DNA of 64,000 nucleotides from a virus, in IMG/VR virus record IMGVR_UViG_3300046504_000138, positions 6,638 to 70,637 of that record, one strand, 5' to 3'. The notes under the pieces were generated by a model, which saw only the letters and a list, made by a program, of their open reading frames with translations, made no database searches and had not been told where the DNA came from. Positions 9,042-19,400 of this stretch are shown here, one piece after another. Every line of letters starts with the position of its first letter. Position 1 is the first letter of the stretch. A program made the translations under genes and the position numbers.

Positions 9042-12000
9042 ATGATAGAAAAAATTGCCCATTTAGGGGACATCCACATTCGAAAAGTACCTACAAGAAA
9101 TGACGAATACGAAAAAGTATTTAAAAACCTCATAGATTCCCTCACAAAAGAAAAACCTGACAGAATAGTAATTGTTGGAGATTTAGTTCACGATTATCTT
9201 GACTTACAGGGTGAACAATTGATCTTAGCATCAGATTTACTCAATGAACTGAGTAAAATTGCTCCGGTTCGTGTAACAAGGGGTAATCACGATTGCCGTA
9301 AGAAAAATTTAAGGCGTGTAGATTCAGTACGTGCTATCGTAAAAACACTTCATAATCCCAATGTTGTTTATTATGGTGGAACAGGCTTTTATGATGATGA
9401 AAATATTATGTGGGTGGTTTGGCATCATGGAGAGCAAAAAAATAATCCTTGGAAATCAAAAGATGGTAAGAAATTGGATGTAAATGGTTCACCAGACTTT
9501 ACATTCGTAGATTTATTTCATGATCCAATAACCGGATGTAAATCTACTACGGGTTTTGAAATGAAAAGCAAACAATATTACAAAATCTCTGACTTCAAAG
9601 GTCAAATATCGATGTTTGGTGATATACACCGCATGCAATTTTTAGACAAACATCAGACTAAAGCATATTGTGGATCACTCATAGCACAAGATGTAACTGA
9701 AGGTGATGATAACTTTCATGGTTATATGATGTGGGATGTAAAAAACCGTGTTGCAGAATTAATACCTATTGCAAATGAATATTCATTTAAGAATATCAGA
9801 ATAACACCATATACGGACTTTGATGATTTGGATTTTGAAATACAGAATCCAACTGAATTTATGAAAGTTAGATTTGTTTGGGGAACATTACCTAACACCA
9901 GAAACCGTCAGAATGAAAGAAAATTATCAGAATATGTTAAAGGAAAATATAAAGGCATTACAATTTCTCATAAGAATGAATTCATTGAATCAGAGAAAAT
10001 TGAAATAAATGAAAATGTCACCTTAAATAATATTACTAATTCTGCTGTTCAACATGAAATTTTCAGAGAATATCTTGAAAAGATCGGTACGGATAAACAA
10101 CTTATTGAAGACCTGATTGCTTTGGATGAAGAAATTGTTGCAGATATTACCCTTGACGACATTTCAAATATTGAATGGAATATCATTAAGTTTGGTGGTA
10201 AAAATTTTATGTCATATCATGAACTTGACATTGATTGGCGTGATATGGATGGTCTGTTTCAGATCACCGGAATAAATACTGCAGGTAAAACTACCATAAT
10301 GAAACTTATATCTTATATTCTTTTCGGTAAAACCTTGGAGACTGAGACCCGCATGAAATATGGTGATCAACGTTTCGTTAACAATAGAAATGGTTCAAAT
10401 TCTTGTGAAGGATATCTCGTATTGGAAGCCAATGGCGAATATTATGGCATCAAAAAGAAAACTGAAATTAACAAAAATAAATCAGGCGATATCACAGGTG
10501 CTCCAACCACATTGAGTTATTATGTGCTCAGTAATCCCGATGAAGAAATGACTGATGCAAATGCATTGGAGAAATTAGATGAAGATAAACGTGTTAAAAC
10601 ACAACAAAAAATTGATACGATCATCGGTAGTTATGATAACTTCATGCGTATTGTAATGACTACTTCAGATACTCTTAACAGGATATTGTCAAATGACATG
10701 GCAGTTTTCATTGATTCATTACTTTATGATAGTGGATTGGATATATTCGATAAAAAACTCGAAGGTCTGAAAGTATATCAGAAAAAAGCCAATGAAAAGG
10801 CAAGAGTTACCTGTAATATTGACATTACAAATGCAATGAATGCCACTTTACTGCAAGAAATTACAGTACTTGAAGGCGATGTTGAGGGACTTGAAGATAA
10901 AACAATACCGGATATTCAACAGCATATTCAGGGTGGAAAAACATATATTGAAGTGCTTACTAAGAAGTTATTCAAAATAGACCCCGAAATTTACGGTTTA
11001 AAGGTAGATGATGTTAAGACGACTATTGGTACTCATAACAAGACTATTGGTGAAATAAAGGCACGAGAAGTAGTTTTAAAGGCAAGTATCGCACCACTCA
11101 AGACAACATATGATGTCGAAAGGCTTAAAACACTTCTTGAACAGAGGGATACACATAAGACTGAGGAATATCAAAAGAAATTAAATATTAAGTCTTTTGA
11201 ACAAGATATCCGTGATGAAGAACATCAGATTGAAATAATTAATGGTGATATTTTCAGATTAAAACAGGAAGGTGCTAAATTAAAAAAAGAAATTGGTGAT
11301 TTAAAAAACAGTAAAGTTTGCAGTCTGTGTGGACAGGTAATTAACAAGCAGGAACATATTGATCACATTAATAAAACTGTAAAGGAAAAAGAAGTTGAAA
11401 TGTTCAGGATTGCAGGAGAAATAAAAACCAAAGAAGAAATCGATAAGAAAAAACATCAAGACTTCATTGAAATTAATAAAGGTACGATCATTGCAATTCA
11501 AAAAGAAATCGATAATGATACTCTTGCAATGGAAGGCGTATTGAAAGAAATAGGTACTTTAACCAACGATAAAAATGATGTCGAAAAACGTAAAGAACTT
11601 CAAACCGAATTAGATCAAGTACCAATAAAAATTCAAAACGAAGAACTGAAAATCAGTATATTACAACAAAAAATTGATAATTACGAAAACAGTCTGAAGC
11701 AGATTGAAGAGAATCAAAAAATTGAAAAAGGTATTAGTGCAGCAAAAGATAAACTCTTAGTTTTGGAAACTGAAGAACAGGAAAAGAAAGAAGATGTTTT
11801 CATAAAGAAAAGTTCAATTGCAAGTAAACAAGCATTGATCAAAACGAATAATGATCTCATAATTGCCTTTACTGAACAGGAATACAGAGATAGTGTTATG
11901 AATCTCTATAAAAAGTGTGTTCACCGTGACGGTATTCCAAGACAAATATTGACTGCTTATATTATACCTAAAATTAATCTGACATTGGAGAGTATATTAT

Positions 12001-12371
12001 CGGTAGCACCATTTAAGGTTTGGCTTGATGCCGATGATCTGCGTCCAAAATTGGCATATAATAACCGTCCTGGCGCAATCATTGATTGTATCAGTGCTTC
12101 AGGAAAGGAAAGAACATTTTCAAGTGTTGTGTTGAAATTTGCATTGAACCAAATCAATGTAAAAGCAAAACCAACGATGTTCTTACTTGATGAAGTAATG
12201 GGTAAATTAGATTTGGAAGGCAGTGTTGAAGAATTTATAGATATTCTGCAGTTGATTAAGACTAATATGAAGAAGGTCTTGGTTGTAGAGCACGTCCACG
12301 AAATTAACCCCGATTATCTAATCAGTGTGCAATTAGATGAAGACGGAATATCATCACTTATAATAGAATAA
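9042..12371 (+). CDS. Mre11/SbcD nuclease fused to Rad50/SbcC ATPase
   Basis: DIH/GD/GNHD/GDIH phosphoesterase motifs, Walker A GINTAGKT, CSLC zinc hook within coiled coil, SGKE signature, Walker B LLDE. Confidence 0.9.
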   Translation: MIEKIAHLGDIHIRKVPTRNDEYEKVFKNLIDSLTKEKPDRIVIVGDLVHDYLDLQGEQLILASDLLNELSKIAPVRVTRGNHDCRKKNLRRVDSVRAIVKTLHNPNVVYYGGTGFYDDENIMWVVWHHGEQKNNPWKSKDGKKLDVNGSPDFTFVDLFHDPITGCKSTTGFEMKSKQYYKISDFKGQISMFGDIHRMQFLDKHQTKAYCGSLIAQDVTEGDDNFHGYMMWDVKNRVAELIPIANEYSFKNIRITPYTDFDDLDFEIQNPTEFMKVRFVWGTLPNTRNRQNERKLSEYVKGKYKGITISHKNEFIESEKIEINENVTLNNITNSAVQHEIFREYLEKIGTDKQLIEDLIALDEEIVADITLDDISNIEWNIIKFGGKNFMSYHELDIDWRDMDGLFQITGINTAGKTTIMKLISYILFGKTLETETRMKYGDQRFVNNRNGSNSCEGYLVLEANGEYYGIKKKTEINKNKSGDITGAPTTLSYYVLSNPDEEMTDANALEKLDEDKRVKTQQKIDTIIGSYDNFMRIVMTTSDTLNRILSNDMAVFIDSLLYDSGLDIFDKKLEGLKVYQKKANEKARVTCNIDITNAMNATLLQEITVLEGDVEGLEDKTIPDIQQHIQGGKTYIEVLTKKLFKIDPEIYGLKVDDVKTTIGTHNKTIGEIKAREVVLKASIAPLKTTYDVERLKTLLEQRDTHKTEEYQKKLNIKSFEQDIRDEEHQIEIINGDIFRLKQEGAKLKKEIGDLKNSKVCSLCGQVINKQEHIDHINKTVKEKEVEMFRIAGEIKTKEEIDKKKHQDFIEINKGTIIAIQKEIDNDTLAMEGVLKEIGTLTNDKNDVEKRKELQTELDQVPIKIQNEELKISILQQKIDNYENSLKQIEENQKIEKGISAAKDKLLVLETEEQEKKEDVFIKKSSIASKQALIKTNNDLIIAFTEQEYRDSVMNLYKKCVHRDGIPRQILTAYIIPKINLTLESILSVAPFKVWLDADDLRPKLAYNNRPGAIIDCISASGKERTFSSVVLKFALNQINVKAKPTMFLLDEVMGKLDLEGSVEEFIDILQLIKTNMKKVLVVEHVHEINPDYLISVQLDEDGISSLIIE

Positions 12372-12408
12372 ATCATATTTTTTTACTATTTATAGGTAAA
12401 ATTACGTC

Positions 12409-13560
12409 ATGGATTTAAAAAAATATGATGAACTAAGAAAAAAAATCAATACTAAGGACTTTGAAGGCAACAATAAAGGCTTGGATAAGTGGCTTTATCT
12501 GTTTTCATTCTTAGGAAATATTGGTTCTATATTCTTTTCATACTTTCTCGTATTTCCGGGATTATTTAAAGCAATTTCGATTAATTTAATTGCAGGAATT
12601 TGGGCAACTATACTTGCATTTAGTGTTACAATTATTTTTCTTGTAGCATTTGAAGTAATTAAAAGATATTTAATCAGAAGTTTTGCTTCAGAATATGTTT
12701 CAAATAAAAAGAAATTTAAAGCAAGTATTGTTGGTTGGTTGACCATATCGGTTTCAATAATTGTATTGAGTTTTTATCTCTCCATTATTGGATCAAAGAA
12801 CCTTGCAAGTACTTCGACATATAAAGATAATCTTGTCGAAGTTAAGGCGACAACCACAACTGATAGTCTTTCAATAATGTATGAGAGAAAGAAGAAAACC
12901 TATGAGGTTGATAATGAAGCATTAAGAACAGTAAATAATCAATTACGTACTACGATGGCAGAAACACCCATAGGCTATGTATCAATTCGTAAAGGTTATC
13001 AATTAAACATTGATAAAAATGCTCAAATAATTACAGATAATCAGGCAGAAATAAATAAGATTGATAATCAATTAGTTCAGCACATTACAGAGATTAAATC
13101 TGAATTACAACAAAATAAATCTCAGAATTCAACTGAAGATGTTCAGAACATTATTTTATTTATAATCATTGCATGTTTCTGTGAAATCATTATCTTTGCT
13201 GGTGTTTACTTTAGAGAATGGTTTGAATATAACTTATTTGTTATACATCAACAGAAATTTGAAAAGATTTATACGAAGAAAGACAGGTATCATTCATTAT
13301 TGGCATTCATATACAACGAAGGAAAATTATTGCCCGGAGATAAGGTAATGGGTGGCTTGGAACTGAAAGAACTTGTGGCAGAAAAGACAACAATACAGAA
13401 TTCAAATAAGTTTGTTGATGAATTTCTTCATGATATGGATAGGTTAGGTGTATTCAATACGGTAGGTAAAAGAAGAATGATTGGTTGTACATACAATGAA
13501 GCAAATACTATCGTTGAAAATTTTGATGAAGCATTAAGAATATTAGAAAATATGAAATAA
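12409..13560 (+). CDS. Multi-pass membrane protein with coiled coil
   Basis: About 4 hydrophobic segments flanking a coiled coil; late motif at 12387. Confidence 0.7.
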   Translation: MDLKKYDELRKKINTKDFEGNNKGLDKWLYLFSFLGNIGSIFFSYFLVFPGLFKAISINLIAGIWATILAFSVTIIFLVAFEVIKRYLIRSFASEYVSNKKKFKASIVGWLTISVSIIVLSFYLSIIGSKNLASTSTYKDNLVEVKATTTTDSLSIMYERKKKTYEVDNEALRTVNNQLRTTMAETPIGYVSIRKGYQLNIDKNAQIITDNQAEINKIDNQLVQHITEIKSELQQNKSQNSTEDVQNIILFIIIACFCEIIIFAGVYFREWFEYNLFVIHQQKFEKIYTKKDRYHSLLAFIYNEGKLLPGDKVMGGLELKELVAEKTTIQNSNKFVDEFLHDMDRLGVFNTVGKRRMIGCTYNEANTIVENFDEALRILENMK

Positions 13561-13562
13561 TT

Positions 13563-13742
13563 ATGGCAAATATTGATGACAGACAAACAGCAAGACTTCT
13601 TAAAGAAGCATTAAAAATTGTCGATAAATTGGCAAAATTTGATATGAGTGACGTTACTTCAGATGATAATGTTGCAGTTGAATTGGAAGATTTAATTGAA
13701 GAAGCAAAAAAGTTGACAAAACATAGATTGTGGAAATTATGA
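13563..13742 (+). CDS. Small hypothetical protein (59 aa, not in ORF track)
   Basis: MANIDDRQTARLLKEALK...RLWKL fills the gap and overlaps the next gene by ATGA. Confidence 0.7.
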   Translation: MANIDDRQTARLLKEALKIVDKLAKFDMSDVTSDDNVAVELEDLIEEAKKLTKHRLWKL

Positions 13743-14212
13743 GTAAAACAAATTGGGATTTAAGATTTATGCACATGACTGATGTGGAAATTGCTCAATG
13801 GAGCAAGGACCGTTCAAGTAAGGTTGGTGCATTGATTATTAGAAACAAGGAAATTGTAACAAGTGGTTATAATGGAATGCCAAGAGGCGTTAATGATGAT
13901 GTTGAAGCACGACATGAACGACCAGAAAAGTATCATTGGTTTATTCATGCCGAAGCAAATGCTATAATTAATGCAGCACGACAAGGTAAAAGCACAATGG
14001 ATGCCGATATTTATATCAATTGGTTTCCATGCGATCAATGTGCCGGATTTATTGTTCAGGCAGGCATTAAAAGAGTTTTTTGTGATAAAGAACCAGATTT
14101 AAATAACGAAAAATTTGGTGAAGGATTTAAAAGAGCATTACAAATTCTTGAAGAAGGTGATGTGGAAGTTATATACATGAACTACGATGCACATAGACAA
14201 GCAAACATATGA
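13739..14212 (+). CDS. dCMP deaminase
   Basis: SGYNG.PRG, HAEANAI and PCDQC zinc motifs. Confidence 0.9.
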   Translation: MSKTNWDLRFMHMTDVEIAQWSKDRSSKVGALIIRNKEIVTSGYNGMPRGVNDDVEARHERPEKYHWFIHAEANAIINAARQGKSTMDADIYINWFPCDQCAGFIVQAGIKRVFCDKEPDLNNEKFGEGFKRALQILEEGDVEVIYMNYDAHRQANI

Positions 14213-14798
14213 AGTTAAAGAAGATTGTCGATACAAAACACAAATTGCCAAAACCCAGATCATTTTAGCCACAAGTCTGAGGAAGGATAGTAATCATATT
14301 ATCAGATTATTGCATAAAGATTATAGCAAAACTAAAAAATGGAATACGTTTACTGTCACAAGAACCGGAATAATATATCAGCATTTTGATCCTAAATTTC
14401 ATTCAGATTTTATCGGCATTAAAGAAGTCGATAAGAAAAGTATTTCTATTGTCATAGAAAACATGGGATGTTTATTTAAAACTCCAAGTGGTAAGAATAT
14501 CAATTGGTTGAATGAAATATGTCCTGATGAAAATGTTATTGAAAGAGATTTTCTTGGTTACAAATTTTGGGAAAGATTTACTGATGAACAACTTCAAAGC
14601 ATTATTGAACTGTGTAATTATCTTTGTGAAGAACATAATATACCTAAATCAGTAATAGATTTTCATCATTATCATAAAGACACGTTTAAATTTAGGGGTA
14701 TTGTATTTAGAAGTAATTACATTGATGAAAGCAGTGATATTAATCCTTCATTTGATATACAGAAGTTTAACGAAATGCTACATAATGAAAATAATTAA
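14187..14798 (+). CDS. N-acetylmuramoyl-L-alanine amidase-like protein (probably degenerate)
   Basis: Amidase_2-like layout (G.IYQHF, SISIVIEN, TDEQLQS...LC, SDINP) without the Zn-binding His residues. Confidence 0.6.
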   Translation: MHIDKQTYEVKEDCRYKTQIAKTQIILATSLRKDSNHIIRLLHKDYSKTKKWNTFTVTRTGIIYQHFDPKFHSDFIGIKEVDKKSISIVIENMGCLFKTPSGKNINWLNEICPDENVIERDFLGYKFWERFTDEQLQSIIELCNYLCEEHNIPKSVIDFHHYHKDTFKFRGIVFRSNYIDESSDINPSFDIQKFNEMLHNENN

Positions 14799-14819
14799 GT
14801 ATTTATAAAAAAGAAAAAT

Positions 14820-15341
14820 ATGGATAATAAAGGTATAAACAGTAAAACTTCTCCAAATCAAATGCGTATTTTAATGAAAAGAATGCGTGAAGGCAAATAT
14901 ACTCCTAACGCCTATCAAGAAACTACAAAGCATGAGTTATCTATGCGTGATATGCTTAAAATAACCCGTAGGTTGAATGAGGATGTTGAAGAAAAAGAAC
15001 CTGAAGTAAATTTGGCAACTGTTGAAGATGAAAAAGAACTTACTGACAATTTTACGAATTTATTTAACGAAATGAATGTTAGTATTAAACCATTAACTTT
15101 GAGTAGTGATCCGAAATTGAAACTCACAAAAGATTCCGGTTTTTGGGGTGGTACTGTTGATGGTGCTATACAATTTGCATATAAGGCAACTCCCGATAAG
15201 GATTCATCGGGAATAGAGTTTAAATATCTTCCTTCAGTTAGTCCTGATGATCCCGACAATCAGGAAATCATTAAAAAGATTGAAGCATTCTACGATACCT
15301 TCTACGAATATTGGAGAGATAATTTTCAAGAAACTCAATAA
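14820..15341 (+). CDS. Hypothetical late protein
   Basis: ORF with late motif at 14799. Confidence 0.65.
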   Translation: MDNKGINSKTSPNQMRILMKRMREGKYTPNAYQETTKHELSMRDMLKITRRLNEDVEEKEPEVNLATVEDEKELTDNFTNLFNEMNVSIKPLTLSSDPKLKLTKDSGFWGGTVDGAIQFAYKATPDKDSSGIEFKYLPSVSPDDPDNQEIIKKIEAFYDTFYEYWRDNFQETQ

Positions 15342-15380
15342 AATATCTGAATGCTATGTATTTATGGGAAAATACATACC

Positions 15381-16163
15381 ATGAGTGGAAAAACATTACA
15401 AATAAAATTGAATCTAACGACAATAGTAGTTATTGTATTGTTGGTACTTGGAGTTGCTGGTGGATGGTATCTCTATCAAAAGAAAGTAAATAATCTCAAA
15501 ACAGAACTTGATTTAGCAACTAAGTTAAAAAATGCATTATTAGATACGGTGACTGTTTATCAAAATAAACAAGGTGAATGGGTTGCAGAAAAACTTACAC
15601 TACAGGAAACATTGGCTAATCTCAATAAGATAAACAGTCAATTAACCACAGAGCAAAAAGATTTATTGGCAAGAGTTGCAGCAGCAAATAAACAAAATAC
15701 TGTAATTGCAGCAGCATTGATTGCATCAAATGTAACTATTGATTCATTGAAAAATCTAACTAAACCGATTGTCGATAGTTTAAATAAGAGCATAACATTT
15801 ATTGATTCGACAAAGAATCTTAAATATGACATTAGAATCGGTAATGTCGTACCAGTGCTTAAATTAACTCCTACTCTAACATTTCGAAATTTAACATTAC
15901 CAAATTTACAATATATTGAATTTTTCTGGAAAAATGATAAAAAGGATAATTATCCGGTTGCTTTTAGTGTAACTAATTCTAATGAATATTTTAAAACAAT
16001 GAATATTGATAGTTATATAATTCCTCAAGTAAATAAGTCAACACTTAAACCAACATTTTGGCAAAAGGTGGGGGATTTTTTTACTAAAAGTGGTGGTAAG
16101 TTTGCGTGGTTTGGTGCTGGTGCTGGCGTAGGCATTGCAGCATATTTATTACTTGCGAAATAA
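15381..16163 (+). CDS. Membrane-anchored coiled-coil protein (possibly spanin-like)
   Basis: N- and C-terminal hydrophobic segments and a coiled coil; start placed after the late motif at 15358. Confidence 0.55.
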   Translation: MSGKTLQIKLNLTTIVVIVLLVLGVAGGWYLYQKKVNNLKTELDLATKLKNALLDTVTVYQNKQGEWVAEKLTLQETLANLNKINSQLTTEQKDLLARVAAANKQNTVIAAALIASNVTIDSLKNLTKPIVDSLNKSITFIDSTKNLKYDIRIGNVVPVLKLTPTLTFRNLTLPNLQYIEFFWKNDKKDNYPVAFSVTNSNEYFKTMNIDSYIIPQVNKSTLKPTFWQKVGDFFTKSGGKFAWFGAGAGVGIAAYLLLAK

Positions 16164-16196
16164 TATACTCCGTAAGTGGGGGACAATTTATATTAA

Positions 16197-16236
16197 AAAG
16201 AACGCACATCATATTATATGTGCGTTCTTTCTTTTT
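16197..16236 (+). terminator. Intrinsic terminator
   Basis: 13-bp perfect stem AAAGAACGCACAT/ATGTGCGTTCTTT plus T-run. Confidence 0.8.
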
Positions 16237-16275
16237 GTGTTAGGTAAGTATTTATAAACAACAGATAAACGCAAA

Positions 16276-16482
16276 ATGAATAAGGATGAAGTTAAAGAGA
16301 TTGTTAACAATGAAATTAAGAAATTCATTAATGACGTGCTTGATAAAGAAATGAAAAAGATTTTACAATCTAAGAGCAGTGCAAGTCGTGGTGAACTTGT
16401 TGATATGGTGAGAAGTGCATTTGACTCTGTTTATCAAACATTGTGGCAGAAAAAAGATTTTTGGAAGACTGGAATTAAATAA
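16276..16482 (+). CDS. Small hypothetical late protein
   Basis: ORF after late motif at 16248. Confidence 0.7.
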   Translation: MNKDEVKEIVNNEIKKFINDVLDKEMKKILQSKSSASRGELVDMVRSAFDSVYQTLWQKKDFWKTGIK

Positions 16483-16495
16483 TTGATATAAACTA

Positions 16496-19400
16496 ATGGC
16501 AACATTCAAACCAACAACGGGCACTGATCCTACACCGCAAGGTAAAAAATTTGAGACAAACTTTAAAAAGACTATGACTCAATATAATGTTAATTTAGGT
16601 GAAGTCGATAGCAAATTAGATGAAGCAGAACAGTCTTTGAAAAAGAAAATCTTCAGTCTTGCTAAAATGGAAGCATTGGTGTTTTCAGACCCTAAATTAT
16701 CTTCAGTTTATGAAGAAATGTCTGAGAATGGTGAAGAAAAATATGGATATCATTATAATGAAACTATTCAAAATATGTTGTTTAATGACTATGTTTTGAA
16801 TAGTCCTAAGTATTTACAGAAATACAAACAGGCACAACCAAAAGAGAAAAAAAGAAGGGATAAGAGTGGTATAAATCAATTAAAGAAACACGGTGAAGAA
16901 ATGCAAACAAGAAATCTCGTAACGAAACCCGCACCTAAACCTGTCACTGAAGCAGATGAACAGAAGACAAAGGTATTGTTTTTAGTCAATGAAAAAGACC
17001 CAAATGATCCTGATTTATTCGCATATTTTCCAGAAGAAGAGGGAGATAGAAAAGGTAATAAAACAGCATATTCACACGTTGGTCAGCACTCGGCAGCAAG
17101 TCCTGCGTATGCTGAAGAAAGTCGTCAGGCAACTCCTGAAGAATATCAGGACCTTAAAGCAGAACTTGAAGGTTTGGGATATAATCTCGAAGTTCTCAAT
17201 GGAATTGGAGAAACAACAGGTGCAGGTGGCGCAGGCGGTGGTGGCGGAGCATTTAGTGGCAGTGGTCAATATTCTGCACCATTGGGATATAAAAAGAATG
17301 TCGATGAATTTACTATGATGAAAGGTAAACCTGAACAAAATGTTGATGTAGAGGCTGCAGATGAACCACAAGATGATGATTGCTATATCGAATCAAATGG
17401 TTTTAAATATACCGTAAGTTGCAATGGCAAATTCATAAAAGAATTTGTAGAAATGGATGATGCTCTTGCTGCAGTAAAAACATGGAAAGAAGCCAATAAT
17501 TGGTATCCAAACACTTGGTTTATTTCAGATCATGGAAATTTTAGTTTAATTGATGACGAAGGTAATATTATAAACGAAACCACTGGTAGTGGTTCATCTG
17601 GTGCATATTATGGACCTGCAATGTGGGGTTCAGGTGATTTAATGCACACAAAAGGCAAGGCAAAAGTAAAAACTGTTCCTATGGTAAAGGGCGGAACAAT
17701 AATTGGTGAAAATAAGAATTATCTTATCGATCCAACAGGCTTTGAAAAATATGTAGAAAGACTTAATGAAGCAGATATATCATATCAAACAGAATTAGGA
17801 AAAAGATATCAACAATCTCATACAGGAAGTAATCAAGGCTTGGGCGTTAGTGAAGTGCCTCAAACACCTGAACGTGAACAATTAAAACAAGGTATTGATA
17901 ATAATACTTCATTATATATTGGTCAGGATATTGATAAAATGAGAGACGATGATGTGAAAATTTTGCATAATGATATGACACAGAAAAATTCATATTTTCC
18001 ACATCCAAATAATCCTAATTTACAGAATGATGGTATTTCAGGTAAAGCAAAAGAAGATAATACAATTATTGATAAAACAAGTGCATTTACAAGTGATACG
18101 GTAAAACATTGGAATCCAAGTGATACTAATATCGAAATGGATACATTAAAAACTGGTGATCCTGATAAACCTGATTTAAATCTCATGGAAGACTCAGGCA
18201 CTAAATTAGAAACAACACAGCAATTGAAAGATTATATTGCATTAAAAAAGACAACAACCGGAAAGGGTTTGACAAGAGACGATGTTCCAAAAGTTGCAGG
18301 TCAGGCATTATATGATCTTGCAATACAAATGGCAGACAGATTTTTATCTCCTGTTAGTTGGGATGAATTGGCTGATACTAATTCTATGTGGAGTTATATC
18401 AGAAAAGAAGGTGGAATGACATTTGAACAATTGGATGTTGCAGTAAAAAAAGCATCAAAGAAAAGAGCAAAGGATGACGGAACTGGTTTTGATAAATTAC
18501 TTGAAACCAACGTAAATGAATTCTTAGGCGGGGATGCGGTGATTGGATCAGACGTAAAAAATATTCAACCAAGAGCAGGCGAAAAACCATTTGTGCTTAA
18601 TGGCAGTAAATGGGAATTTGAAACTGCTACATATGATAACGGAAAAAAAGATATCGTTGTTTACAGTTATAAAGATGACATATATTATGATTATCTCAAA
18701 TGGCGTGAAGCAATGGGTATTGATAAAAATACACAAACTATGAACGAAGTGAAAAAAATAGACGAAAAAGCCAAGTCAATTGAACAACAAAGGTTGTTTG
18801 GAATGGCACATGCAGTACAAAAGGGTGAGTTACCTGCAAGTAAAGTTGGTGGTGCTGTGAAGAAAATAGCAAAAGATGTAAGTCCTAAAGATGTTGAAGA
18901 TTTTGCATCTACTAAACATAAAGGTTTACCGGATAAAGTAAGTGAAAGTGCTCAAGACAGCATTATAGCAGATAAACCTGATTCGATGTCAAATAAGGCA
19001 ACCCCAACAAGTCAGCAAAGTAGTGGCATTGATCAAGGAACAAAATCAGCAGGTGGCGGTGGTAGTGTGAGTGAATCTTACGAAAGCCTGTTGGAAGAAA
19101 TAAATAAAGAATTGGATGCATTTTCAATTCATCATGATAAATTAAAAAGAATGGCAGAAGATAGAAAACCATCAGCATTGGTACTAAGAGACCGTGTTGG
19201 CAGTGAAAACGAAAAGAATTTCAAATCAGATTTGAAAGATAGTTCAGTAGCAAAAGAAGTGGACGTAGAAAACGCATTAGAATGGAAAGATCAACAGACT
19301 GATGTTGGTAAAGACCCACAAAAATTAGGTGCTGATATAGAAAAAACAGAAATTAAAAGTGCTGATATGAAGTCAGGTGAAGCACTTAAAGATGTTGGTG

